DNA of 63,713 bases, filler included, from Folioceros fuciformis (lineage: Eukaryota), in the NCBI GenBank assembly GCA_049999805.1. It is 6 parts of 6 records of this genome, joined end to end, with 100 filler letters (N's around TTAATTAATTAA, not from the genome) between each part and the next. Parts side by side here need not be neighbours in the genome. Positions count along the whole stretch, not along the records: positions 1 to 3,294 come from JBNGIO010005788.1; positions 3,395 to 34,836 come from JBNGIO010005789.1; 4 more parts are not named here. One strand, 5' to 3'. Positions 1-12,216 of the stretch are shown here, one piece after another. Within the stretch, counting starts at the first letter, position 1. Each line of letters begins with the position of its first letter. The notes under the pieces were generated by a model. It searched no databases and was not told the origin of the DNA. It was given only the letters and a program-made list of their open reading frames with translations. Position numbers and translations under genes: made by a program.

Positions 1-1930
1 GGCTGCGAGGGAGCAAGGCAGGTATTAAAGAAGGGATAATAATGTGGCCCAGGGGGTTTAAATAAACCCTCAAACGGGTGTGGGGGCGCCGAGGACGGGT
101 GCACCCGTTAGGTGCTCCGAGGTTGCCGCACCCGCTCCCATCTCATGCCCGCCTGCATGCGCTCCAATCTCGGCCGTGCACGCTCCCCACACACCTGCAN
201 NNNNNNNNNNNNNNNNNNNNNNNNNNNNNNNNNNNNNNNNNNNNNNNNNNNNNNNNNNNNNNNNNNNNNNNNNNNNNNNNNNNNNNNNNNNNNNNNNNNC
301 TGCACCTGTGGGGATCTGAGTGGCCGCTGGTGCCGATTTTTCCAGGCTGGAGCCCGCCTGATCCCCAAATTCTTGCAAGCCTGCGCCTCCCACAAGCTGG
401 GCACCTGTACGGATCACCGGGCGGCCTCATGCCCACGCCTACTCCCTCCGCCTGCATCGGTCCGGATCTTGGTGTGACGACCGTAGAGGTCTGGGCGCCC
501 GCTCCAGAGTGCAGACCTGCGCCCAATCCCAACCAGGGTTGGGAAGGGGAAATCTCAAGGTTGGTGGATGAGCGCCGGATGGAGTCTCCGCTTCTATGGT
601 TGCCAGTGATCTGAATTTGGGCAGATGGTGGGTGGTGAGAACTCTCCCGGCTTCGCCCCTGCTTTAGGAGCCTCCCCAAGCGGTGGTGAGAACTCTCCCG
701 GCTTCGCCCCTGCTTTAGGAGCCTCCCCAAGCGNNNNNNNNNNNNNNNNNNNNNNNNNNNNNNNNNNNNNNNNNNNNNNNNNNNNNNNNNNNNNNNNNNN
801 NNNNNNNNNNNNNNNNNNNNNNNNNNNNNNNNNTGAGAACTCTCCCGGCTTCGCCCCTGCTTTAGGAGCCTCCCCAAGCGATGGTGAGAACTCTCCCGGC
901 TTCGCCCCTGCTTTAGGTTTGGGAGCATCTCCTCCTTCAGTACAGCAGAGATGGCAGTGGCCCGTTGAGACTCCAGAATCTGCAAGAGGCTGGACGACGA
1001 GCGCCTCCAAGGGGATGGCAGGCTGTTGGAGGTGGGGGCCTCCTACCCGTCAGCATAAAACATCTTGGGCAATTGTGGGGGGGGTTGTCCACGAGCGGAT
1101 GAGCGCTGACCGAAATCGGAGGAGGAGGTGCAAATCGGGTCGTGGAAGGATCTGGAGGCTGAATGACGAGCGTTGTTGCAATGCCTGGGCGCCCGGGCCG
1201 TTTCGATAAGTCGATGAATGGCCTGCAAGAGATGTTGCATAGTAACCTGGTGGGCTCGAGGTTCTGCGGGCGTCCATCCAGCATGTCTTCCCCGCTGGTG
1301 CCGCGCCACTCCGGAGTGGTGATGGGCACGGGGGCGCCCGCGTCCTCGCTTGCCCAGGGGGTGGATGGAGCTCCTTGCCGATGATCGCCTGGCCATCCCG
1401 ATGATGCAGTCTCTGGTTCTCCTACGCGTACGGTGAAGGTGCAAAAACAAGTTGGGGCAGGCGGCCTCTCCCCGCATTTCCTTTGAATTGCCCGTGCTCG
1501 GTGGCGTTACGTATCTAGATTGTAACCGTGTTCTGGGTGGAGTGCCCGCCCGAGTTCATTTTGCTTACTTTTTTTTTTTTGTGAGTAATTCTACGGATTA
1601 AAGAAAAAAAAATAGCTTGTTCTAAGGGGGTGCTGAGGTTCTCTCCCTTCTTAGGGAGGAGGGGCAGGGCGCCACGGCTTCCGCGCCCTCCCAGCCACGG
1701 ATCTTAGTAGGGCCTGGGCTCTGATACCATATGAACTTTCCTAAGGTGGGAGCGAAACGGAAGCATGAATTAGGAAAGATTGGGAAGTACATGGATTGGG
1801 GGCCCTTTTATAGGGGACCCGGGCACCCCTTCGTAGGGGTGCGACTATTCGCTGAACGAGCCAGGGTTAGCCTAACTCGCTTGACTATTAGCTAGGGTTA
1901 TGTAGCTCTTATTAATCTTAACACTTAACA
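1..1930 (-). mobile_element. LTR retroelement 5' portion (LTR ~1732-1930, PBS 1716-1729) nested in a gypsy pol gene
   Basis: Minus strand reads TGTTAAG...TTCA then TGGTATCAGAGCCC (iMet PBS). The gypsy frame ([19 protein letters not shown]) stops abruptly at 1931. No recognisable gag in 1-1700. Confidence 0.7.
631..917. repeat. 51-bp tandem repeat spanning an N gap, inside an LTR-element internal region
   Basis: Unit GGTGGTGAGAACTCTCCCGGCTTCGCCCCTGCTTTAGGAGCCTCCCCAAGC; at least 4 full or partial copies flank the gap. Confidence 0.9.
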
Positions 1931-3294
1931 ACCTGGTCAACGGCGCTGCCCTTTTAGCAAAGTTCTTGATGAACCTCCGGTAGTATCCAACCATCCCAAG
2001 AAATCCCCTCAACTCCTTTAGCGTGGTCGGTGGTCAGAGTGCTTTAATGATCTTTACTTTGTCAGGATCCACCTCAATCCCTCTAGCCGAAATTCTATGC
2101 CCCAATAAGATACCTTCCGACATCCCAAAATAACACTTTTCCGGGTGGAGGCATAGCTTGGCCTCTCTACACCTCTCCAGGCATTTCCTTAGGTGCTGTA
2201 GATGCTCCCCCGCTGACCCAAACACACAGAAATTGTCCAGGAATACTTCCATAAAGTCTCGTAGGAAATCCCTAAAAATCTTGACAATTGTTCTCATGAA
2301 GGACCCTGGTGCTCCAGTCAGTCCAAATGCGCTATGCTTGTAGGCGTATGTTCCCCAGTCGGTGGTGAAGGCAGTTAACGGCCAGTCGCTCTCCCGGAGA
2401 TGTAACTGGTTATACCCTGAGTACCCGTCCAAAAAGGAATACGTCATTTTTCCCGCTACTAGGTCCAGAATGTTGTCAATGAAAGGTAACGGGAAGTGAT
2501 CCTTTTGAGTCACCTTGTTCAACCTCCTCCAGTCCTAGCATACTCGAATTTTCCCAGGCTGTTTCTTGGGTACCACTACAATTGGTGCCACCCATTCAGA
2601 GGTGACAATGGGATAAATGATGTATGCCCTCAGGTATAGCTCTAGCTGTTCTTTTACTTTCAGGGAGTACTTTGGGTTCAACTTATACTGGGGTATCCTC
2701 ACGGGCACTGCCCCTGGCTCCAACTCAATCCTATGCTCCCCCCACTCCTTGGGAATGCCCTTCATGTCTGTGACATCAAACGCAAACACATCAATAAACT
2801 CGGCCAGCAGGTCCTTCATCCCTTCTTCTAGCACCGCATCCAGCTTGGTGGAGAACTTAAGGATTTTCCCTGGCAGGACCTCCACATCCTTGATCTCATC
2901 CGCCTGTACCCACTCTCGTTCGATCGGTGCTGAAGTAACACCAAACCCTTCCTCTGGCCTTCAGGGTTCTACCTCCCTCATCCCCCATTCACAGAACAGC
3001 TCTTCAAAGATGATCCTCGTGACACCCTCTTGATCCTTAGGAATTCTCATGTCCAGATCACCCTTTTTGATTCCTTCCGATCCGACTACCTTGGTACCCC
3101 CTAGGGCTACCGTCCGTTCCCCTCGGGCTACCGTAGAAGTCCAAGGGACTACCTCACGTTCCCCTGAGGAAATGTCTTCTTCCCCCGTCTCCTCATCCAC
3201 TTCCGCCTCTGTGACCCTGTAACAACTAACCATAGGTGGCTGCCACTGGTAATCCTTCTCTTCCTCCGACCACGAGATATGCGCAAACGGAAAT
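1931..3294 (-). mobile_element. Degenerate Ty3/gypsy (Athila-like) pol fragment: RT and connection region
   Basis: [67 protein letters not shown]; in-frame stops at 2034, 2535 and 2961. Confidence 0.93.
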
Positions 3295-3394
3295 NNNNNN
3301 NNNNNNNNNNNNNNNNNNNNNNNNNNNNNNNNNNNNNNTTAATTAATTAANNNNNNNNNNNNNNNNNNNNNNNNNNNNNNNNNNNNNNNNNNNN
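3295..3394. other. Artificial contig spacer N-TTAATTAATTAA-N (also 34837-34936, 47976-48075, 58767-58866, 61664-61763)
   Basis: The same 100-nt N block with a central 12-mer that gives stops in all six frames recurs five times. Confidence 0.97.
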
Positions 3395-3875
3395 GAGGGA
3401 ACAATTCTGGTGCGGCCGGATGGCGGAGGGAGGGAGGGAGGGAGCTGCTCAAATTTCTCGTCTCCCTCCCACACGTAACACAACCAACTGTGAGAGCGTG
3501 GGAGGAAGAGGGAACCCGTTGCGGGCGCGACGGCTTCAGCGGTTTGCGTTGGATGGGCAGGTCTGCGTAGAGTGCCGCGTGGCGTGAGGCTGTGGGTTGA
3601 GGAGGCCTGAGGAATGGCGTGGCCCGTTTTCACCCCCGTGTTCACTACGTCGTGGCACGCTTCATCACCCGCCGCTCAAACTCCTTCCCACCCCTTATCC
3701 CTTACACGCCGAAACGAATTTAGGTGGGGGATGAACAGCTTGCTGCTGGGACTACAGTATATGCTGCGGCCTTGGCTTGGGTTGTTGTGACTCCCAATTC
3801 ACTTCCCTCACAAACTAGATGGTTTTTGTAACACCTTATTCTGTGCCAACCAACTCTCCCCTTTTTCAATTCGTG

Positions 3876-4000
<125 letters not shown>

Positions 4001-4458
4001 NNNNNNNNNNNNNNNNNNNNNNNNNNNNNNNNNNNNNNNNNNNNNNNNNNNNNNNNNNNNNNNNNNNNNNNNNNNNNNNNNNNNNNNNNNNNNNNNNNNN
4101 ATCTTCTGCAATGTGCTATGAATAATTCCTTGAGAAAGAGTCTATGATAGCTTTCCATAATCTGGAACAAATATTTGTTATAAAAAATTCTAGTAAGTAG
4201 GGTCTGAAAAGATTGACTCAAAATTGTTAGAGAAAGAGTCTTGAAATACAATAAATGAATGTTATAATTATTTTTTATTATTGAAAAAAAGAGATAGAGA
4301 GTCTCATCTACTCTAAAGTTAGAGGAACAACCAGAAGAGGGCCAGGAAGGGTACTGGCGCTAGTTAGCCCCTTTATATATCATTCTCAAAAACTACCTAC
4401 TACTTCCAAAATGCCAATGATATGGACTAATAGAAGCCTTACCTACCACATGTGCCAA

Positions 4459-4900
4459 AGAAGCCGCTTGTTGATCTGCACTTGTTGGAGCCTTGTTGTT
4501 CTCCACTTGTTGGTGCCGACTTGTTGTTCTGCACTTGTTGGTGCCGACGAAGCCACTTGTTGCTCTGCACTTGTTGGTGCCGACGAAGCCACTTGTTGCT
4601 CTGCACTTGTTGGTGCCGACGAAGCCACTTGTTGCTCTGCACTTGTTGGTGCCGACGAAGCCACTTGTTGCTCTGCACTTGTTGGTGCCGACTTGTTGAT
4701 CTGCACTTGTTGGAGCCTTGTTGTTCTGCACTTGTTGGTGCCGACGAAGCTGCTTGTTGGTGCCGACGAAGCCACTTGTTGCTCTGCACTTGTTGGTGCC
4801 GACTTGTTGTTCTGCACTTGTTGGAGCCGACGAAGCCGCTTGTTGCTCTGCACTTGTTGGTGCCGATGAAGGCGCTTGTTGTTCTACACTTGTTGTTGTT
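4459..4900. repeat. 36-bp minisatellite with internal CTTGTTG subrepeats
   Basis: Unit GCACTTGTTGGTGCCGACGAAGCCACTTGTTGCTCT, with degenerate flanking units. Confidence 0.92.
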
Positions 4901-5567
4901 GTAACCCAACTCGGTAATTCTTTGTAGAAAGAGTCAGAAAGACAGCTCAACAATTCCCACAAGAAGAGTTTGAAACACTACTTGAAGGCATAGCAAGCAT
5001 TAGATTATTGAAGATATAGCATTCTATAATTGAAGGTGTAGCATTCGATTACAGAACACTTACAGAATTCAAAACAATTACTTCCATAAAACGTACTTAC
5101 AAACAAAATGCTGTACCACCTACACGGCGCCTCCATCACGAACGTGACTAGGGATAATGTGTAGTATATAGACGGCACTACCCTCTGCAAAACTACTTCT
5201 TAAGTAGGTAATTTGGCTATATAAACGCACTTTTTGAAGGTCTTTAAAAAAGGTTCACCCATTTCTAGGTTTTAGGTCTTGGTAAGAGCCCACAAATTCG
5301 GAGCAACCGTAAGTTCAGATCAGAACTGCTCCGGAGAGGACATCTAGTGTAGCAGTGGCATGCACGACTGGACGACTCAAGTTCCTGCTCAATGCGCTAT
5401 CATGCAAGTTGCTGTCGAACAGAAGTGGAAACGTTTGAGCAACAAAAAGTGCAGCATATGCCGTGATACAACAAACGAGCAATGTGGCCAGGGTTCCCAC
5501 AAAGGGTATCTAAAAGTGGAGTAGTAGAACTGTTGTGGAGATGGCAGGGGCGATGGAGCGCCTACGC

Positions 5568-6615
5568 TCAGTCCTCCTGCATGGGAGCCGCCCCCTCTGC
5601 AGGATTCGCGGGAGGAGTGCTCCTGGTGGCAGCGGCAAGCAAATCCCTAGCCTGCCCGCTCGCAACCGCCTGCTCCACAGCCTTGGCAGCCTCCTGCGCG
5701 GCGCCCGCCAATGCGCTGCCCTGTACGCTCTGGTTCAGGTCCAAGCCCTCGCCCTCGCCCTCGGGGGCGGGGGCGGGGGCGGGGGAGGGGACATCCGGAT
5801 TGCTCTTACCCTCACCCTCTGCCGCCTCAAGTGCCGCCCCATTGCTCTCCTCCGCCTTGCCTGGAACTGCCCCTCCGTTCGTGCTCCTTCCCCCGTCCCC
5901 GTGGCTGTCTCCGTTCGCCTTCTCCCCGTTCGCCTCTGCCGCCGCGTTGCTTCCGGGTGACTGCTCCGGGAAGAGCTTCGCGGATTTCTTCGGCTGCTGC
6001 TCCTCCTGCTCCGCCTGCTCCTTCACCTCGATCTGCTCCGCCCCGTTCGCCGCGCCCTGCACACCCATGGCCATCGCCGCACAGCACAGGGGCAGCATTT
6101 AGTGGGCACCCAACAATTTGCGGTGCGGTCTCCCAACATTTTAGGGGCACCCGACATTTTGCGGGCCCCCGACAGTTCTTGGCAAACACAACTCTCCAAC
6201 GCCAATCACATCCTGCCTCACCTTTTCCGCTACCACTTCCTCCGCAAGCTGCACGGTTTCCGCCTGCAGCTCCGCAACCTTCTTCAGCGCCTGGAACGGC
6301 TCAATTNNNNNNNNNNNNNNNNNNNNNNNNNNNNNNNNNNNNNNNNNNNNNNNNNNNNNNNNNNNNNNNNNNNNNNNNNNNNNNNNNNNNNNNNNNNNNN
6401 NNNNNNCAGGAACGGTGAAATTTGCTTGAAAGCCAAAAGGGAGAAAGGGGGAGGAAAAGGCACCGACCGACCTCGCATGAAAACACATGGCGTGGAGTCT
6501 CAGAGCTGTGGTGCATGCAAGTGCTCACCTCCTTGGGCTTTTGCTTGCTGCTGTCGTCACGACCCGCGTCCAAAGCCTGCTGCACATCGCGGGGGGCGGC
6601 CTTGGCCTGCGCCAT
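5568..6615 (-). CDS. Multi-exon gene for an Ala/Glu/Gly-rich disordered protein of unknown function
   Basis: Exon 1 MAQAKAAPRDVQQALDAGRDDSSKQKPKE|GTGAGC; middle exon ..ALKKVAELQAETVQLAEEVVAEK|GTGAGG; last exon after TGCAG, GAANGAEQIEVKEQ...PMQED*. A gap at 6307-6406 obscures part of it. Confidence 0.6.
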
Positions 6616-7259
6616 GGTACGGACCTACCGGTATGCCCGCCCTGCTCTCGATGCACCTGCAGCGGTAGCAGCAAACAAACAATGAAGCAGGTCCGGCGAG
6701 CGATTTGTCGCAGCGTGAGTTGCACAAACCGCGCTTCACGATCGGCAGGCAAAATGTGGCCGATGGGCTATGTGCACATGAGCCTGGCGCACAACTGGTC
6801 AAATTGCGGGCTTTTTCTTGATCGATTGCCTGCTTCTTCTTGCAATGGCTGCACCTCTCTTGCGGTCCTACACGTGTTGTGCTCGCCCGAGCCCGACACC
6901 TGGACCGGCTCGCCACGCGGGGCAGGCATCAGGCCGGGTTCGAACCCGAGGGTGTGGTTAAGTCAGTTCGAACTTGGGCTCTCACTGGCCGGACGGGCGA
7001 GCCCGCTCGCTTTTGAGCGTGAGAAGCGGGAGTAGAGTACAGCTCACTCTACCCAGCATGGCAGGGAATGATGGAGTTGGCGAACGACGGATCGTGAACT
7101 AGGTCGGAGCGGAGCGGAGCGTGATTGCGAGGGAACGCGGAAGGCCAGCGGGCGCCGGGACGGGATGCGGCTGAGTAGAGCTTTCCCGGGGCCGGCCATG
7201 GCGGCCAGCTGAGGCTGCAGCGGGCGGTGCGGGGCGGAAAGGGAAGGGAAGGAGAGGAG

Positions 7260-8441
7260 ATGGACGTGCCTGTGGAGCGGGTGCTGTTCTCCGGCGCGAC
7301 GCTGGCGCACATTGTGCAGGAGTGCAAGGCGGCGGCAGGGGACTGCGACGGGCTGCTGTTCGGGCATGTGCGGCAACAGACGATCCCGAGTCTGCAGGAT
7401 GACGAGGGGCCTGCGACGCGGGAGCAGGTTTCCGCCATGGTGACGGGGCATTTCTCGTCGGGGAGGGTGATGAGCTTCTACGATGCGGTAGGCGCGATCG
7501 ACCGGGCCAGGCTCGGGGCCATGGTAGGGGAACGGGAGGCGAGAGGAGCGGATCCGCTCATCGGGTGGTACATTGCGAGGAGGAATTCATCCATGAGGCC
7601 GTCCATGCGGGAGACTGCGGTTACAGCGTACTTGAAGCGGAGTGCTAGAGCTGATGCAGGCAGAGGGAAGGAGAGTGCCGGTGCGGACGCTCTCGTTGCG
7701 GGAGAGCCGCTCAAAGCGGGTGCGGATCCGGGTTTGCAGCACCTTTCGCAAGCGGGGAGGGGCGTGGGAGTGAGGTCGAGGCCGGTGCCGATTAGAACTG
7801 CAGTCTCCGAGTTGATTTCAGGCGGGGACGACGGGGCACTGAATGAAGCAGGGACGAAGGCTGCAGGGAGTCCTGTGGAAGTGCGGGCAGCAGGGCTGCC
7901 TGCTTCTGCTCCGTGTCTATTTCTGCTCATGGCTGAGTCTGAGACTCAGAATTTGGTGCTAACTCATGACTACCGAGCGTTTCAGTATCATCCCAGGTCT
8001 CAGGGGCGGGGGTCCTTCCAACCCCGGCCTGTCAGCATTGTCAATATTGGTCCCGTCTTCCGTGGACAGTATGATTCGTTTGCTCCTTTCGCCCCTTTCC
8101 CTCCCTTGACAGGGATTGTTCACGAGTCCGATGACGAGGATGGAAGCGAAGGTGCTGGCTGGCAAGGAAACCGGCCTATGTTTCGAAAGATAGGCGGCGG
8201 GAAGGACGTGGAGGCCGCACAGGCGCTGCTCAACGTGTACGCTGACGGGTTTTCTGTGGACACTCTTTTCAAGCTTGTCAGACCTGATAGATTAGGATGT
8301 TCAACGGAGTTAGAAGATTTGTATGCAAGGATGCTTTCTAAGCTGGAGGTAGTTGCAAAGCGGGTGCAGGAGAGCACTGCAGCTCTGGCTGAGCAAGAAA
8401 AGTTGAGAGCCAAGTTGAGAACCGAGAGCGAGCAATTCTAG
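7260..8441 (+). CDS. Abraxas/ABRO1 (FAM175)-like MPN- domain protein, single exon
   Basis: Plant-family motifs SGATLA, DGLLFG, SFYD, IGWY..RR...RPSMRE.AV, THDYRAFQ, IVNIGP.FRG.Y.SF.P, C-terminal coiled coil LEDLYARMLSKLE. Confidence 0.88.
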   Translation: MDVPVERVLFSGATLAHIVQECKAAAGDCDGLLFGHVRQQTIPSLQDDEGPATREQVSAMVTGHFSSGRVMSFYDAVGAIDRARLGAMVGEREARGADPLIGWYIARRNSSMRPSMRETAVTAYLKRSARADAGRGKESAGADALVAGEPLKAGADPGLQHLSQAGRGVGVRSRPVPIRTAVSELISGGDDGALNEAGTKAAGSPVEVRAAGLPASAPCLFLLMAESETQNLVLTHDYRAFQYHPRSQGRGSFQPRPVSIVNIGPVFRGQYDSFAPFAPFPPLTGIVHESDDEDGSEGAGWQGNRPMFRKIGGGKDVEAAQALLNVYADGFSVDTLFKLVRPDRLGCSTELEDLYARMLSKLEVVAKRVQESTAALAEQEKLRAKLRTESEQF

Positions 8442-9029
8442 TCTGACGGCACTCATTATCCTTTTTCCCCTGACCTCTTTGGAACCAGAGTTTTGAAGTT
8501 TCAAGTATAAGTCTGGAGCCTCAGATTTGGCTTGACATTACCAGCCTACCAACAATCGAGGTTTGTCAGGTCCTCATTTTCAAGGACTACAGACATATTT
8601 CATGAGCGACCTGGAGGAATTATCATGTTACTGGCGTCATATGGATGTCGGGCATTCTTTGTTTTCAGCAGACATTTATTGCTGCATCTCGCTGGAAATA
8701 GCTGTGATGTATCTGCATACCTGGCCCCGGGTAGATCCAGGTGATGTCAAGGATACTTTATCAGTTCAGTAACCTAACCTAGGCACACACAGTCAGATGT
8801 TCTACATCAACTTCTAGCTCTCCTTTCTCGTTTCCAAAGTCTTACTCCCCCCCTGCGTTTGTAAAAGAGCGAATCTCAAGTTCTCGCAAAATCCGGTGAA
8901 AATTGCCGACCACCTCAACGGGAAAAAATTATTCCAAGTAGATGTCGCACGTGTGAGAACCACAGGAACGTAGTCAATACACAACTAACTATGCTCATCT
9001 TCAATCGGTCCTTAGACGGGGTCGCCTTA

Positions 9030-9410
9030 TGGAGGATGCTCGTGGATGGGGTGCCTGAGAAAAGGAGGGCATCCTTTTCGGCTTCTCAACGGCTGGACAA
9101 GGCTGGACAGTCTCGGTGGACAGCCTCCTTGTCCTTGAGATGGGGTGCCTGAGAAAAGGATGCCCTCGACCGAAGACAAGGAGGTGCAGGAGAAAAGGAT
9201 GGGTTCTTCGATGGGGTGCCTCACGGAGGATGCTTGTGGATGGGGTGCTTGAGCAAAGGATGCCCTCGTTCGTCCGGAGAGAAGGATGTGCTTGAGAAAA
9301 AGAGTGGGTTCTTAGATGGGGAGGATGCTTGTGGATGGAGTGCTTGAGAAAAGGATGCCCTCGACCGAAGAGAAGATGTGCTTGATTGACAAAAGGATGT
9401 CCTCGATGCA
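9030..9410. repeat. Degenerate tandem array with GAGAAAAGGATGCCCTCG and GATGGGGTGC subunits
   Basis: The subunits recur several times with variation. Confidence 0.6.
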
Positions 9411-9794
9411 AGTGCAAGTAGCTAGCTAGGTGATCACTCCGTGGTGTACTCAAATAAAATTCTTCTACGGAAGGAGTCACTCATCAACATTATGTGGTTT
9501 GAGCAAGTGTAGAGAGTGAGATCTAAATTGTATTGTATTGTTACATGCATGCAAGTCCTTAACACAATTCAATGCACGGGACTAGTGCCTTCCCTAGCCC
9601 CAAAATGGTTATACTATTTCTATGCCTTCAAGTCCTAAAATAGTTCTATGATTTCTATGCCAACTTGCATCTTCCAATATTTTGGGGTATTCATCCTATC
9701 CTTTAGAATATGCCCAAGAACATTCAAGCCAGCTAATCTTCAACTTGAGCAATAACTACTAGTTATTGGATACCATATGGAGGTCCACTACATA

Positions 9795-11442
9795 TAGCCA
9801 AACCCCTCTAATTGGGACCCCTATAAATGGGAACCCCCTTTAAATGGGACGCCCGAGCTTACTCTCTTGAATGTGCTACATGCTAAATGGGAAACCCCTC
9901 TAATTTGTAAATGGGAACATGTCTCCCAAACATTCGATGCAAGTACACCTCTGTGAAAAGGAAAATACATATTTAAAATAAAACTGAGAAAATCATCTTA
10001 TTGAGATTAAATCATGAGTTATTGAGATTATGTCAAGTTAAAGGCTATCGAGATCATATCATAAAACATAGATAGTCATCGAGATTGGGCCTACATATGT
10101 AATAGTTTTATACACTATGCTTTGTGATCAGAAGCATTGTTTCTAGTACATAAGTTGTTTCATTGTACAAGTTGTCTTATGGTATTGTAAGTTGTTGTTT
10201 TGCTGTAAGATATTTTATATGTGTTCCTTACCCATTCTCTTTGACGTGTAGGAACAATGTCGCCCAAGCCGCCAGGCAAGCATGCTACCCTAACAAAGCA
10301 ATAAAAGAAAGAGGTATGTCCAACACTCTTACACACTTAAGGAGTTGACTAGATAGACAACATAGAAGTTTTCAATAGCAACTTCTAAAAGTGCATTGTC
10401 TAGGATCGTGAATGACAAAGACAAATAATTGGACCCTGCTATTGGTCCAACAACTAATATGACAGGAATGAGGGATAGACCAGTCATATGCCCACAGGTT
10501 GACCACGGAGTACACATTTGGGCTCTTGCAATCCAAGCTCAAGGTGCCACAATTTTAAATGACTTGCTTCGTGAGTGCATCAAGTTGTATCGTGACTATC
10601 AGGCAGTGGTTATGCTGGTAAAAGCTTGGACTTCATTTGTGAGTCCTCATACCATACGCAATTGCTGGAGGCATAGCACTTTGGATGCGGGATTGCCTAC
10701 ACAAGATGCTCGGTTCCGTGAGTCTTTCGATCTAAACAGCGCACCATATGATCCAGAGGATCCATTGTCGGATCCTCAAAATCACTCTAATTCGTTGGAA
10801 ACGCAGGTAGAAGAGCTACAATAGTCCATGCGAAACTTAGCATTATTAACATCTGAGGATATGACAGGAATTGTTGATGTTGGATATCCAACGATGACAG
10901 CTAAAGAGTATCTGAACTTTGAGGAGGATGAAGGATTGAAGACTACGTATATTTCTAGAGAGGACGAAATATGGCAAGCATTAATCCCTTCGCCTGTCAA
11001 TGAGGAGGGTGAGGAGAATGATACAGCGTCAATGGAGACCATAGCGCCAATACCGCATACGACAAAGGATGCTATAGATAATGCTATGAGGATAGCGAAG
11101 ATGTTTTTGGAAGAGATACCACATAACAATCTTGATGCTTTGAAGTTGCATTCTCAGCTGGAAAAACATATTGCTAGTCATTGGATGAAAGCAACTCAAC
11201 ATCAATCAAGGATTGATAATTATTTTAACCAAGCAAATTAGAATTAGGTTGGTAGCTATGTAGTATGAGGGAGCATTTTGTATTTTTTGGAAGCTTTTAA
11301 GCTCTTTCAAATTTTTAATTTAAAGGATTTTTAAAAAATAATAATTTTATTTTCAAAAAAGATGAAAATGCCTAAATGGGAACCCTCTAAATGGGACGAT
11401 TTTTGCTACTCCCAATTGTTCCCAATTAGAGGGGTCTGACTA
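9795..11442 (+). mobile_element. Internally deleted pogo/Tigger-like (Tc1/mariner) DNA transposon
   Basis: TIRs TAGCCAAACCCCTCTAATTGGGA (9795) and the reverse complement of TAGTCAGACCCCTCTAATTGGGA (ending 11442); subterminal AAATGGGA repeats; transposase remnant VKAWTSFVSPHTIRNCWRHS, acidic tract and C-terminal QSRIDNYF. Confidence 0.8.
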
Positions 11443-11715
11443 CATGAATTTGGCACCACCCAAAAAGTTTTTGCGCCCCTCAAAATCTAAGTGTTGATAG
11501 AATCCAAGTACCATGACTACAAAGACTACATGCTCCAAACTCAAAGCTTCAATTTATGCATACATATTCCTCTTTACACACAAACTTCTTCACCAACCAT
11601 TCCTGCATCTAAAATAATAGTCCTCACTTCTACTATGTCCTATGAATTCATAGAATATATTTATTATATATATATTTATTTATTTTATATAACTTTATTT
11701 GATTTTAGAATAAAT

Positions 11716-12216
11716 TTAAGGCACAGGATTAGGACACAAATTATTCTCATCAAACACCACATAGCTAATATTACAATCAACTAGTAAATACTCACCACTA
11801 CTCGCATTTTCACAAGTTTCTATTAACAAAGTCTTTGCACGCGAAAGACAAATGGAACATTGTTCCTTTGAATGCATAGTTTGTCTTGGTGCATAACAAG
11901 CAACAGTCCCCCAAAAGGTATAAATGTTAGGATATCCATATGGCTTATACAACGTGTATGAATATCCTCGTGAATTCACAAATTGGTCAGATCCTTTTAT
12001 TGCTAGCTCATTTATTGCAGTATTCATAAATTCCAATAAAATTGGGTTTATCTCCTCAGGTCCACATGAGTGTGCTAATGGCGTTACGTTTGGCTGTAAC
12101 ACACAAGTTATGAACTTTGAATACATGCAATGTAATGAAAATATTATAAGTATATTTGTTATATTTCTATGTGATAATAATGTCATAAGAAACTGAAAAA
12201 TATTTATAGCATGCAT
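11716..12216 (-). CDS. Small secreted cysteine-rich protein, Gnk2/DUF26-like
   Basis: Hydrophobic N-terminus; WGTVAC-X12-C-X2-CL..A...L...C....G......C...Y pattern; single exon; AT-rich. Confidence 0.65.
   Translation of the reverse strand: MHAINIFQFLMTLLSHRNITNILIIFSLHCMYSKFITCVLQPNVTPLAHSCGPEEINPILLEFMNTAINELAIKGSDQFVNSRGYSYTLYKPYGYPNIYTFWGTVACYAPRQTMHSKEQCSICLSRAKTLLIETCENASSGEYLLVDCNISYVVFDENNLCPNPVP

Noticed and set aside
3339-3350. Recurrent TTAATTAATTAA motif as a biological site
   Set aside because: It always sits in the centre of a fixed N block, so it is an assembly spacer.
4459-4900. 36-bp repeats as a CRISPR array or repeat protein
   Set aside because: Units are head to tail with no unique spacers, the context is eukaryotic, and the open frames arise from a stop-free unit.
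6931-6975. GGTTCGAACCC as the B-box of a tRNA
   Set aside because: No cloverleaf, A-box or acceptor stem was evident.
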